DNA from: Eledone cirrhosa
Lineage: Eukaryota
Length of the DNA: 64,000 nt
Reading direction: 5' to 3'
Assembly: GCA_964016885.1 (NCBI GenBank)
Contig: OZ024740.1
Coordinates: 312,108,001 to 312,172,000 of the forward strand
Shown here piece after piece: positions 12,322 through 25,211 of this stretch (positions within the stretch are counted from its first letter, which is position 1; each line of letters opens with the position of its first letter). The notes below the pieces were generated by a model. It was not told where the DNA came from and did no database searches. It worked only from the letters and a program-made list of their open reading frames with translations. The translations under genes and the position numbers were made by a program.

Positions 12322-13349
12322 TTAAGTCACATTGCCACATCTCAAGAACCAATGAAATCACCCGCATTGCAGAACCTATCTTCTTGCAGTCAGATATGAC
12401 TAGTCCATGGTTTTGTTGTATAGCCAATCATACTGGCAGTTAATGCACTGATGTATTTACACATTCATAAGCATGTTAAGCATGAATACATCTTGCAATG
12501 TTATATTGCTATTTATGATGTTGCTGTTTCATTTTCATATTCACTTAGTGAATAATAACATTGTATTAAACCCTGGGAGCAGATGTAGATATTAAAATAA
12601 GAACATCATATCATTGTTTTACATCTATTTTTTCCAAGTTGACATGGGTTGGATGATAACATCACAACAATCATCATGACCATTCATCAGCTAACACACA
12701 CAACAATAGAGGAAACAGCCAATCTTTGTATACAATGTGATTTTGGCATAATTTTTGCATCTGGTTGCTCTTTTGGTAGACCATCTTATAGCATAGTCTG
12801 TGTATATTTTATTGTTCCAGCTACAGAGAGTCCCCTTTACCATGTATCAGTTTTTATTTACAGTTTACTGTTCTCTCAGACAAGATGGCTTTGGTCTGGC
12901 TTGCAAAATCTATGTCTCTTCTACTTTTTCTTCCTTTTATTGTTCATTAAAGTGAAGACAATGAGAACTGTATCTGGTTTTATGATATCTTTAGCAAAGT
13001 TTGTATGAAATCAAAACTGTGAGATGTTATACTTGATTTTATTCTACATCAACTCTGCTAACTTTCTCAACTAGCATTAATTCTACTAGATATAGCACCT
13101 AATCTATTGGTCGCCTTCATAGCTGATAGCATTGGATTGGTAAGCGAGTCAAAAATTGACTCCTCTAGATATTTTCAGGTGTTTACTGCAGTTTTTAGAG
13201 TATCAAATCTAATAAAGTAAAAATTCCTCTAAAATAAAGTGAAAGAATTTAAATTCCATAAATGCAAAAATAGTAAATTCATCAACATTATATCAACAAT
13301 AGATTACATAGTAAAAGTTAGAATGATTATGGTGAAAAAACAAACTTAC

Positions 13350-14054
13350 CAAAGCTACTTGAACTAAGACTGCTTGTTGTTCGCTGTGGAGGACTTGGGC
13401 CTTCTTGACTTTGGGACATTAACCGAGATGGGCCTGCAGGTGGTCTTGTAGGAGGTGGAGGAGGGGGTCTCTGAGCTGGAGGTTTTGACCTTGGTAGTGT
13501 CCCACCTCCACTGACTGTCCTGTCAGGAGGGAGTGGAGGACCCCGTGAAGGTGGTAGTGGAGGCTGGGCTCGGTTTAAGGAAGAGCTTGAAGAAGAGCAT
13601 GATGAGGAAGTGGATGACGTTGGAGGTGGAGGTAAAGGCCTACCAATCATGCTGGATGGGCGATTTTTATTTGGTGTTCGGTTGTTGGGCAGAGCGGGAG
13701 GGCGACCTGGGGGTGGAGGAGGTGGAGGTGGCGGTGGATGTGCTCCTGGCATCCGACGTCCACTTGCGTTCAATGGAATGCCACCAGCAATGTGTTGTAA
13801 TGGGCTGGGGTGTGTATTAACATTAACAGGGTGATTGTTATTGGTGATATTGCTGTTGATGTCATTGCTACTGTTTACAGGATGAGGAGTTGGTGGCTGC
13901 ATTTTACGAGTTGGAGGTACATTCCGCTGTGGAAAAGTCTTGTAATCATTCATTAGTGCTCCACCATTTGATACATTTTTATTGATTTGGGATCTGGTGT
14001 CAATCTGATTGGTAGGGCCATTTGGTATGCGCACTGGTTTTGGAGATGAATTAC
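13350..14054 (-). CDS. Internal coding exon (705 nt, phase 1-1) of a proline-rich protein, possibly a WIP/verprolin-like or other SH3/EVH1-binding adaptor
   Basis: Acceptor tttcttttctaccatatcag|GT at 14055-14056, donor TTTG|gtaagt at 13344-13349; open frame with PPPPPPPPPPGRPPALP, RPLPPPP, PPLPPSRGPPLPP, RPPPPPPTRPP; GC-richer than flanks. Confidence 0.75.
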
Positions 14055-14757
14055 CTGATATGGTAGAAAAGAAATTGAAAATCAAAACATGCAACATGTA
14101 TGAACTGTAACAACATTACTGAATTAAAGAAGAAAATGATACTGATTTTTTAAACTATTAACATATTTTCAATGTTGACTGGTTCAGTAGATATGAAGCT
14201 GACAGACCACAAGGTGATATCTTTCTATCTTATGATAACTACAATATTCTACACTCACTTCCACAATAATATACTGTTGTCTAAATTCTTGTCCCAATTT
14301 TTCCAGCATAAAATAAACACCAGTCAGACTGGTTGAGTAGTTATTACTAATGTAAAGAACCATTTATTGTAAAAACATTTACATCAATAATTTATACAAT
14401 ACCTAAATTTTATCTACCATCTTTAAAAAAAGATACATTGGACAATGTAGTCCTAGAAACACTTTTCCTGGAAGAATAAGAGTAACATTTAAAATACCTC
14501 TGATCATTGATCTGCCTAATCAGGGTTGTTCTAGAGCTAAATAGTAATCACTGAGTTGTCTAACAGTAACTTTAAAATTGTACCACAACAGTTAATCTTC
14601 CTTTTAAGAGCTGAACTATGCTTCAACTCCAAACACTGAAGTCAAATATATTTTAATCTTAAACAGCTGTCTCTTTACACAACAGAAATATCTACATAGG
14701 TATATTGTCTACTCATTGAAGACGTGTTACTGTACACCTTATATATAGTCATTATCA

Positions 14758-15001
14758 TCATATATACATACATATATATACATACATACATATATATATA
14801 TATACATACATATATACATATAGACATACATATATACATATATATAGACATACATATATACATATATATAGACATACATATATACATATATATAGACATA
14901 CATATATACATATATATAGACATACATATATACATATATATAGACATACATATATACATATATATAGACATACATATATACATATATACATATATATATA
15001 T

Positions 15002-15034
<33 letters not shown>

Positions 15035-15082
15035 CATACATACATACATACATATAGATATATATATACATACATATATATA
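14758..15082. repeat. Compound TA/CA microsatellite with 24-bp higher-order unit
   Basis: tagacatacatatatacatatata repeated ~7 times. Confidence 0.95.
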
Positions 15083-15495
15083 TAATGGCTGCCAACTTGT
15101 TTTCGCGTACGGCCACTGCTTTATATCCATGTAGGAGAACTCCTACCGATGCGCTGAACGAGTTTGACTTTTTAGTCCAGCCAGCGACTTGAAAACTCTG
15201 GTACAAACACTACACTTGTGACAATTATTGACACATAGTGCTGGGCCCATGGTACCATGTGACGACAAGTGCAGAGAGATCTCCAGATATAAAGCAATGC
15301 CTGTGCCGTGAAGCTTTTATAGTGAGCAAAGGCACTGCACAAAGCCAGTCCCACTCTCTTAACCAAGATGATATTTACCAAAAAGAAGAACAAGTCAACA
15401 TCATTGGATACCATCAGGGTTGCAGGTGTTATATCAGAGTTTTCCTTCTCCTAGAATTCTGCCTTGACAAAGGCTAAGGGGTCATCTCTCCCGGA
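15083..15495 (-). mobile_element. Unclassified non-autonomous element (copy 1 of 3), RTE-5'UTR-like, embedded in (TA)n
   Basis: Near-identical to 19713-20122 (opposite orientation) and 29080-29640; contains ctaggagaaggaaaactctgat motif on the minus strand. Confidence 0.75.
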
Positions 15496-15496
15496 C

Positions 15497-16016
15497 ATAC
15501 ATATATACATAAATATATATATACATATATATACGTACATATATATACGTACATATATATATACATAGATATACATATATATACGTACATATATATATAT
15601 CCATAGATATACATATATACATATACATATACATTTATATACGTACATATATATATACATAGATATACATATATACATATACATATATATATACATACAT
15701 ATACATATACATAGATATACATATATACATATACATATATATATACATACATATACATATATACATATACATATATATATACATACATATACATATATAC
15801 ATATACACATACATATACATATACACATATACACATACATATACATATACACATATACATATATATATATACGTATACATACATATATACGTATACATAC
15901 ATATATACGTATACATACATATATACGTATACATACATATATACGTATACATATATACGTATACATACATATATACGTATACATATATAGGTATATATAT
16001 ATACATATATATATAC

Positions 16017-16051
<35 letters not shown>

Positions 16052-16191
16052 CATATATATATACATATATATATACATACATATATACATATATATATAC
16101 CTATATATATACATACATATATACATATATATATACATACATATATACATATATATATACATACATATATACATATATATATACCTATATA

Positions 16192-16231
<40 letters not shown>

Positions 16232-16725
16232 CGTATATATATACATACATATATACATATATATATATACATACATATATATATATATACGTATATATAT
16301 ATATATACGTATATATATACATACATATATACATATATATATATACATACATATATACATATATATATATACATACATATATACATATATATATACATAT
16401 ACATACATACATATACATATATATATACATACATACATATACATATATATACATACATATACATACATATACATATATATACATTCATATACATACATAT
16501 ACATATATATACATACACATATATATACATACATATACATACATATACATATATGTATATATACATACATATACATACATATATACATACATACATACAT
16601 ATACACATACATACATACATATACATATATATATACATATATATACATACATATATATATACATATATACATATATATACATACATATATATATACATAC
16701 ATATATACATATATATACATATATA

Positions 16726-16759
<34 letters not shown>

Positions 16760-16764
16760 CATAC

Positions 16765-16812
<48 letters not shown>

Positions 16813-17220
16813 ACATATATATATCAATACATATATATACATACATATATATATACATATATATACATACATATATATATACATATATATACATACATAT
16901 ATATATACATATATATACATACATATATATATACATATATATACATACATATACATACATATACATATATATACATACATATACATACATATACATACAT
17001 ATACATATATATACATACATATACATATATATACATACATATACATCCATACATATATATACATACATATACATATATATACGTACATATACATCCATAC
17101 ATATATATATATACATACATATACATATATACATATATATACATACATATACATATATATATATATACATACATATACATATATATATATACATACATAT
17201 ACATACATACACATACATAC

Positions 17221-17257
<37 letters not shown>

Positions 17258-17793
17258 TACATATATATATATACATACATATACATATATACATACATAC
17301 ATACATATACACATATATATACATATATATACATACATATACATATATACATATATATATACATACATATACATATATATATAGATATACATACATATAC
17401 ACACATATATATATATACATATACACATATATATACATATACACATATATATACATATACACATATATATACATATACACATATATATACATATACACAT
17501 ATATATACATATACACATATATATATATACATATACACACATATACACACATATATACATACATATACACATATATATAGATATATATACATATACACAT
17601 ATAGATATATATATATACACATATATATAGATATATATACATATACACACATATATATATATATACATATACACACATATATAGATATATATACATAAAC
17701 ACATATATATATATATATATACATATACACACATATATACAAACATATACATATATATATAGATATATATACATATAAACTTATACACACATA
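15497..17793. repeat. 2.3-kb compound TA/TACA microsatellite
   Basis: Almost pure alternating purine-pyrimidine sequence. Confidence 0.97.
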
Positions 17794-18135
17794 TCATCAT
17801 TCATGATTTCATTTTACGTCCGCTTTTCCCTGCTTGCAAGGGTGGGATGGGAACCGATTCTGGCTTGATTTCTACAGCTGGATGCCCTTCCTAACACCAA
17901 CCTCATTTACAGTGAGTGCTGGGTGCTTTTTTGCTGTGGCACCTCCACGACCACTTTGCAGTGGAATGATATGGACCCCAGTCCCTATCATCTCATTTCT
18001 ACAGCTGAGTAAACTGGGGCAATGTGAAATAAAGTGTCTTGCTCAAGGAAACAACACATCACCCGGTCTGAGAATTGAACTCACAATCTTTCGATTGCAA
18101 GGCCAATGCTCTAACCACTAAGCCATGTGCCTCCT
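17794..18135 (-). mobile_element. tRNA-derived CORE-SINE with RTE-derived 3' tail
   Basis: Reverse complement starts gaggcacatggcttagtggttagagc (A box), gagttcaattc (B box), CORE-like ccttgagcaagacactt...actcagctgtagaaatgag, then the RTE 3' tail; near-identical to 19322 and 24867. Confidence 0.9.
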
Positions 18136-18161
18136 TTATACATATATATATATATACATAT

Positions 18162-18206
<45 letters not shown>

Positions 18207-18517
18207 TACATATATACATATATACATATACATATATATATATACATATATATATATATACATATATATATATACATATATACATATACATAAATATATA
18301 TACATATATACATATACATAAATATATATACATATATATAAATATATATAAATATATATACATATATATATATACATATATATAAATATATATATATACA
18401 TATATATACATATATATATATATACACATATATATATATATACACATATATATATATATACATATATATAAATATATATATATATACATATATATAAGTA
18501 TATATACATATATATAA

Positions 18518-18548
<31 letters not shown>

Positions 18549-18564
18549 CATATAAACATATATA
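18136..18564. repeat. Compound TA microsatellite
   Basis: Alternating TA with CA/AA interruptions. Confidence 0.95.
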
Positions 18565-19238
18565 TCATCATCATCATCATCGTTTAACGTCCATGTTCCA
18601 CGCTTGCATGGGTTTGGACGGCAGTTTTCCCACTTGAGGCAAGAGTGGTTGTCTTGCTCGCATAGGACTGTCTGGCGGGTTTTCTACAGCTGGATGCCCT
18701 TCCTAACACCAACCACATTTACAGTGTGGGACTGGGAGGTTTTTACCGTGTTGCCTACACGGCCACATTACAGTGTGGACTGGGTGTTTTTTTTGAGGTG
18801 ACACCTACACGACCTCATTTGTTTCGGCCTGGATGTTGTGGCACCAACATAAATTTACATTGAAAGGGCGGTGTGGATGGGGTGGGGGTGGTGGGACAGG
18901 GGTGTATTTTGTTAGAGATGCCTAGTGACTGTAGTAGGTTTTACTTTGTATTTAGGTAAGGCGGGTCTTCTCTATTACTGAGTACCGCCAAAGGTCTCGG
19001 TCCAGTGACATTGTCTTGGTGAGGTGTAAGTGTGGTCGGAATTTATCAGCTCGTCCCAGGTTTTTCTGGGTCTGCCTATTCCGTGGCTACCGTCTATCTT
19101 TATTGCCCTGCACTTTGTTATACAGCTATCGTCCTTCATGTGCATCACGTGACCATACCAACGTAGCCTTCTCTCGAGTAAACAACATCTGATCCCTCTT
19201 ATTTCTAATTGTTTCCTTAGTTCGTTTATGCTTTGCCG
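18565..19238 (-). mobile_element. RTE LINE 3' fragment
   Basis: Reverse complement matches 22056-22725 (ERRLRWYGHVM..., 3' UTR, (GAT)n tail). Confidence 0.9.
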
Positions 19239-19321
19239 TATATATATATATATTTATATATATGTATATATGTATATATTTATATATATGTATATATGTA
19301 TATATTTATATATATATATGT

Positions 19322-19672
19322 GGAGGCACATGGCTTAGTGGTTAGAGCATTGGCCTTGCAATCGAAAGGTTGTGAGTTCAATTCTCAGACCGGGTGATGT
19401 GTTGTTTCCTTGAGCAAGAGACTTTATTTCACATTGCTCCAGTTTACTCAGCTGTAGAAATGAGATGATAGGGACTGGGGTCCATATCATTCCACTGCAA
19501 AGTGGTCGTGGAGGTGCCACGGCAAAAAAGCACACAGCACTCACTGTAAATGAGGTTAGTGTTAGGAAGGGCATCCAGCTGTAGAAATCAAGCCAGAATC
19601 AGTTCCCGTCCCACCCTTGCAAGCAGGGAAAAAGCGGACGTAAAAATGAAATGAAATGAAAAATGAAATGAA
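19322..19672 (+). mobile_element. tRNA-derived CORE-SINE with RTE-derived 3' tail
   Basis: A box tggcttagtgg, B box gagttcaattc, CORE-like domain, tail ggacgtaaaaatgaaatgaaa. Confidence 0.9.
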
Positions 19673-19712
19673 AATATATATGTATATATATGTATATATA
19701 TATTTATATATT

Positions 19713-20122
19713 CCAGGAGAGATGACCCTTAGCCTTTGTCAAGGCAGAATTCTAAGAGAAGGAAAACTCTGATATAACACCTGCAACTCTGATGGTATCC
19801 AATGATGTTGACTTGTTCTTCTTTTTGGTAAATATCATCTTGGTTAAGAGAGTGGGACTGGCTTTGTGCAGTGCCTTTGCTCACTATAAAAGCTTCACAG
19901 CACAGGCATTGCTTTATATCTGGAGATCTCTCTGCACTTGTCGTCACATGGTACCATGGGCCCAGCACTATGTGTCAATAATTGTCACAAGTGTAGTGTT
20001 TGTACCAGAGTTTTCAAGTCGCTGGCTGGACTAAAAAGTCACACTCGTTCAGCGCATCGGTAGGAGTTCTCCTACATGGATATAAAGTAGTGGCCGTACT
20101 CGAAAACGAGTTGGCAGCCACC
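19713..20122 (+). mobile_element. Unclassified non-autonomous element (copy 2)
   Basis: Reverse complement of 15083-15495; flanked by TA-rich microsatellite on both sides. Confidence 0.75.
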
Positions 20123-20600
20123 ATATATATTTATATATATATTTATATATATGTATATATGTATATATATATATATTTATATATATGTATATATGTATAT
20201 ATATATATATTTATATATATGTATATATGTATATATATAAATTTTATATATGTATATATGTATATATATATATATTTATATATATGTATATTTGTATATA
20301 TGTATATATATATATATTTGTATATATATATATATTTGTATATATGTATATATATATATATTTGTATATATGTATATATATGTATATATATATATGTATA
20401 TATATGTATATATATATTTATATATATGTATATATATATTTATATATATGTATATATATATTTATATATATGTATATATATATTTATATATATGTATATA
20501 TATTTATATATATGTATATATATTTATATATATGTATATATATTTATATATATGTATATATATTTATATATATGTATATATATTTATATATCTGTATATA

Positions 20601-20632
<32 letters not shown>

Positions 20633-20725
20633 CTTATATATATGTATATATGTATATATATGTATATATATATTTATATATATGTATATATATATTTATA
20701 TATATGTATATATATATATATATTT
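20123..20725. repeat. Compound TA/TG/TT microsatellite
   Basis: tatttatatatatgtatata-type units. Confidence 0.95.
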
Positions 20726-20729
20726 ATTT

Positions 20730-22725
20730 AAGACGGGTAAGGCGGCTGGGCCTTCGGAAATAGTTGCTGAGATGCTGAAAGCCTCTGGAACGGTGGGACA
20801 CACCATGGACGCCCGGATAGTAAACCAAGTCATACAGAATGGGGTTGTTCCGAAGGACTGGCGTAGCAGCATCATCATTAACTGTTACAAGGATAAAGGA
20901 GATGCCCTAGATAGGAGTAACTATAGAGGCATTAAATTAATCGACCAGGACATGAAGGTCACGGAAAAAGTAATAGTGCAACTAATCAGAGAGAGAATTG
21001 ATCTAGATGAAATGAAGTTCGGGTTTGTGTCAGGCAAAAGTACCACAGACGCTCTTTTCATTGTACGACAACTACAGGAGAAGTACCTAGCTAAAAGTAA
21101 ACCCCTATACTTAGCTTTTGTCGACTTGGAGAAAGCCTTCGACAGAGTCCCCCGTTCCATTATCTGGTGGGCTCTTAGAAAACTAAGTGTTGATGAATGG
21201 CTTGTGAGAGCTATACAAGCCATGTATAAAGAAACAGTCAGCAAGATTAGAATTAACAACGAATATAGTGAAGAGTTTAGTGTAAAAGTTGGTGTTCATC
21301 AGGGCTCTGTTCTCAGCCCCCTACTATTTATTATTGCCCTTCAGGCTATAACGGTGGAGTTCAAGACCGGCTGCCCATGGGAACTCCTATACGCTGATGA
21401 TCTAACGCTCATAGCTGAATCAATGGCCGAGCTAGAGAAGAAATTCCAAACATGGAAGCACAGCCTAGAATCAAAAGGCCTTAAAATTAACCTGGCTAAG
21501 ACTAAAGTTCTAGTTTGTAGGAAAGAAAATAAGGTGCTGGTCCCTTTCGGGAAATGGCCATGCTCAGTGTGTAGGAAAGGCGTAGGTAGAAACTCCATTT
21601 TATGTCCCAAATGCAAAGTATGGGTGCATAAAAGATGTAGTGGGATCACAGGTAAGCTAACTAAGAACATAGGTTTTACATGTGGCTGGTGCTCTGGTGC
21701 AATAAGTAGCAGCCAGTTGCCACTAAATACTAGCTCTTTCAATTGCGCAGAGGGTTCTATAGAAATAGTGGACAGCTTCCGTTACCTGGGTGACAAAATC
21801 AGCAGTGGGGGAGGGTGCTCTGAAAGTACAGTAGCTAGAGTCAGAACTGGATGGAAAAAGTTCAGAGAGCTTATACCACTATTAGCCGCTAAAGGGTTCT
21901 CCCTAAAAATGAAAGGCAGGCTGTATGATGCCTGCATACGAACAGCAATGTTGCATGGCAGTGAGACCTGGGCATTGTGTGCAGAGGATATACGCAGACT
22001 AGAGAGGAACGAAGCTTGCATGCACCGCTGGATGTGTAATAGTAATATACGCTAACGGAAAAGCATGAACGAACTAAGGGAAAAATTAGACATAAGAGGG
22101 ATCAGAAGTTGTTTAGTCGAGAGAAGGCTACGTTGGTATGGTCACGTGATGCGCATGAAAGACGACAGCTGTATAAAAAAGTGCAGGGCAATAAAGATAG
22201 ACGGTAGCCACGGAGTAGGCAGACCCAGAAAAACCTGGGACGACCTGATAAATTCCGACCTCACACACTTACACCTCTCCAAGACAATGTCACTGGACCG
22301 AGATCTTTGGCGGTACTCAGTAATAGAGAAGACCCGCCTTACCTAAATACTAATTAAAACCTACTACAGTCAGTAGGCACCTTTAACAAAATACATCCCC
22401 GTCCCACCACCCCCACCCCATCCACACCACCCCTCTCAATGTAAAGTTGTTGGTACCACAACATCCAGGCCGAAACAAATGAGGTCGTGTAGGTGTCACG
22501 ACAAAAGAAACACACAGTCCACGCTGTAATGTGGCCGTGTAGTCAACACGGTAAAAACCTCCCAGTCCCACACTGTAAATGTGGTTGGTGTTAGGAAGGG
22601 CATCCAGCTGTAGAAAACCCGCCAGACAGTCCTATGCGAGCAAGACAACCACTCTTGCCTCAAGTGGGAAAACTGCCGTCCAAACCCATGCAAGCGTGGA
22701 ACATGGATGTTAAACGATGATGATG
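20730..22725 (+). mobile_element. 5'-truncated RTE LINE (RT, PHD-type finger, C-terminus, 3' UTR)
   Basis: [16 protein letters not shown]...[11 protein letters not shown]...[11 protein letters not shown]...LLYADDL...CSVC..CPKC..HKRC..CGWC; single stop at ~22053; (GAT)n tail. Confidence 0.95.
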
Positions 22726-22871
22726 ATTATGATATATATGTATATATGTATATATATATATATTTATATATATGTATATATACGTATATATATGTATATA
22801 TATATATATTTATATATATGTATATATATATATATGTATATATGTATATATATATATTTATATATATGTAT

Positions 22872-24001
22872 ATGGGAAAAAATGGTAAATAATAACATAA
22901 ATGGGACCTGCCACTTGTATAGGAGCAAATTTTGGAATAGAATAGAAAGAACTACGAACAAGGCCAATAGAATAAACTCATGGTATGATAGCAATAAATA
23001 CCAGAGTGTAATGTTCATCGATACAACCCCTAGAGGCGAACTAGCCTACAAATTTAGAAGGGCCCTAAATAAACATAAACTCAATATTAAGATAGTAGAA
23101 AGACCAGGTACCTCCGTAAAAACACTTATTAGCAAGACATACCCGCTCCAAAGACCCTCATGTATAGATAAGAAATGTATAACCTGTAAAATAAGCCCCC
23201 ATATTAACTGTAAAACTAGAAATGTAGTGTATAGCATAAGATGAACTGAAGGACAATGTAGAAACAAAAATATAGTGTACATAGGTGAGACAGCTCGTAG
23301 TATAGGGGAACGGATAAATGAACACTGGCGAGACCTTCAAGATAATAAAGAATCATCTGTACTCTACCAACATGCTAAGATAGAACACAAGGGTAAATTA
23401 GAGAACATAGAAATAAAAATAGAATCTACACACAGAAAAGATGCAATGTTTAGACAAATTACAGAGGCAGTAAACATAAAAGAATTACAACCAAAATTAA
23501 ATAGAAAATATGAGTGGAACAGCAACATCACAACTTACAATTAAGGACAAAATGAAAACACACACACACATAGAACAAACAACCAACCAATAACATGTAA
23601 ATAAATAAACAAATAGATAAATGAACACAAACACACACAGACACCCGAATGTGGCGCATGCGCAAACTGAGCACACAACACACACACACAGAAACAAAAT
23701 GGCATAGGACAGAAGAAAGGAAAGGCACAGAAACAAAGAAAGGAATCCCCAGTCACTGAAGAGGTCACAGAGTGTGTGACGAAAGGACTATGACTATATA
23801 TAAACAACTATCTGGTTGTGGAACCAACCAACCAACCAGAAATTTATAAATTTGTAAATTTATAAATATATAATAAATTGAAGTGAAAGCAACTGGTGCG
23901 TGTGTTTCTTATTGGCAACATGACCCTCCCAAAGAATAACAATATCGGTTTCAACACACGATTTCAGATAAAGAATCTTGCTAAACAAATTCAGAAACGA
24001 A
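22872..24001 (+). mobile_element. 5'-truncated Penelope-like element (family B): GIY-YIG endonuclease and pLTR
   Basis: CITC...NCKTRNVVYSIR*...YIGETARSIGERINEH...LYQHAKIEH; high identity to 24521-25930 (minus) and 61930-63061. Confidence 0.9.
23751..23795 (+). ncRNA. Minimal type I hammerhead ribozyme in PLE pLTR
   Basis: agtca-CTGAAGA-g-gtcaca(gagtg)tgtgac-GAAA-ggac-TA-tgact: 5-bp stem I, 6-bp stem II, minimal stem III. Confidence 0.8.
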
Positions 24002-24329
24002 ATATATATACATATATATACATATACTATACATATATATATATTTACATATACATATATATACATACATATACATATACATATACACATATAAACATAT
24101 ATATATATACATATAAACATATATATATATACATATAAACATATATATATATACATATAAACATATATATATATACATATATATATATATACATATATAT
24201 ATAAACATATATATATACATATTTATATACATATATATATAAAAATATATATACATATATATATAAACATATATTATTGTACTGACAAAACTGATGTTAC
24301 CAGTAAAGCTTTTATGTAATTACCATGAC

Positions 24330-24472
24330 ATGGGCATCCAGCTGTAGAAAACCCGCCAGATAGTCCTATGAGAGCAAGATAATCACTTTTGACTCAAGTG
24401 GGAAACCCCCGTCCAAACCCATGCAAGCGTGGAACACGGACGTTAAACGTTGATGATGATGATGATGATGAT
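24330..24472 (+). mobile_element. RTE 3' tail fragment
   Basis: gggcatccagctgtagaaaacccgccag...ggacgttaaacgttgatgatgat matches 22598-22725. Confidence 0.8.
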
Positions 24473-24668
24473 ATATAAACATATATATATATACATATAT
24501 ACATATATATATACATATATATTGTTATACTTTGGGAGGGTCATGTTGCCAATAAGAAACACACGCACCAGTTGCTTTCACTTCAATTTATTATAATTTA
24601 TAAATTTAGGAATTTATAAATTTCCGGTTGGTTGGTTGGTTCCACAACCAGATGGTTGTTTATATATT

Positions 24669-24711
24669 GTCAAAGTTCTTTCGTCACACATTCTGTGACC
24701 TCTTCAGTGAC
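24669..24711 (-). ncRNA. Minimal type I hammerhead ribozyme in PLE pLTR
   Basis: Reverse complement gtca-CTGAAGA-g-gtcaca(gaatg)tgtgac-GAAA-gaac-TT-tgac. Confidence 0.8.
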
Positions 24712-24866
24712 TGGGAATTCTTTTCTTTGTTTTTGTGCCTCTCCTTTGTTCTGTCTTACGCCATTTTGTTTCTGTGTGTGTGTGTGTTGTGTGCTCAGTC
24801 TGCGCATGCGCCACATCCGGGTGTCTGTGTGTGTTTATATTTGTTTATTTATTTGTTTATTTACAT

Positions 24867-25211
24867 AGAGGCACATGGCTTAGTGGTTAGAGCATTGGCC
24901 TTGCAATCGAAAGGTTGTGAGTTCAATTCTCAGACCGGGTGATGTGTTGTTTCCTTGAGCAAGACACTTTATTTCACATTGCTCCAGTTTACTCAGCTGT
25001 AGAAATGAGATGATAGGGACTGGGGTCCCTATCATTCCACTGCAAAGTGGTCGTGGAGGTCCCACGGCAAAAAAGCACCCAGCACTCACTGTAAATGAGG
25101 TTGGTGTTAGGAAGGGCATCCAGCTGTAGAAATCAAGCCAAAATCAGTTCCCGTCCCACCCTTGCAAGCAGGGAAAAGCGGACGTAAAATGAAATGATGA
25201 AATGATGATGA
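24867..25211 (+). mobile_element. CORE-SINE inserted into the PLE pLTR, short TSD (ttacat)
   Basis: Same SINE as 19322; ttacat on both sides; removing it restores the uninterrupted pLTR seen at ~23560-23640. Confidence 0.9.

Noticed and set aside
15172-15477. Repeated 79-80 aa ORFs (MVSNDVDL..., MLGPWYHV...) in three places
   Set aside because: Conserved only because the element copies are near-identical; both strands open, no domain evidence
19322-19395. tRNA-like sequence
   Set aside because: SINE head: acceptor stem does not close and it continues into CORE and RTE tail
20250-22055. 601-aa ORF appearing as a YI-repeat/RT fusion protein
   Set aside because: Microsatellite happens to be in frame with a 5'-truncated RTE
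23239-23244. TGA at a conserved Cys codon of the PLE GIY-YIG region (possible selenocysteine)
   Set aside because: The two other copies have TGT; a single point mutation in a truncated copy is simpler
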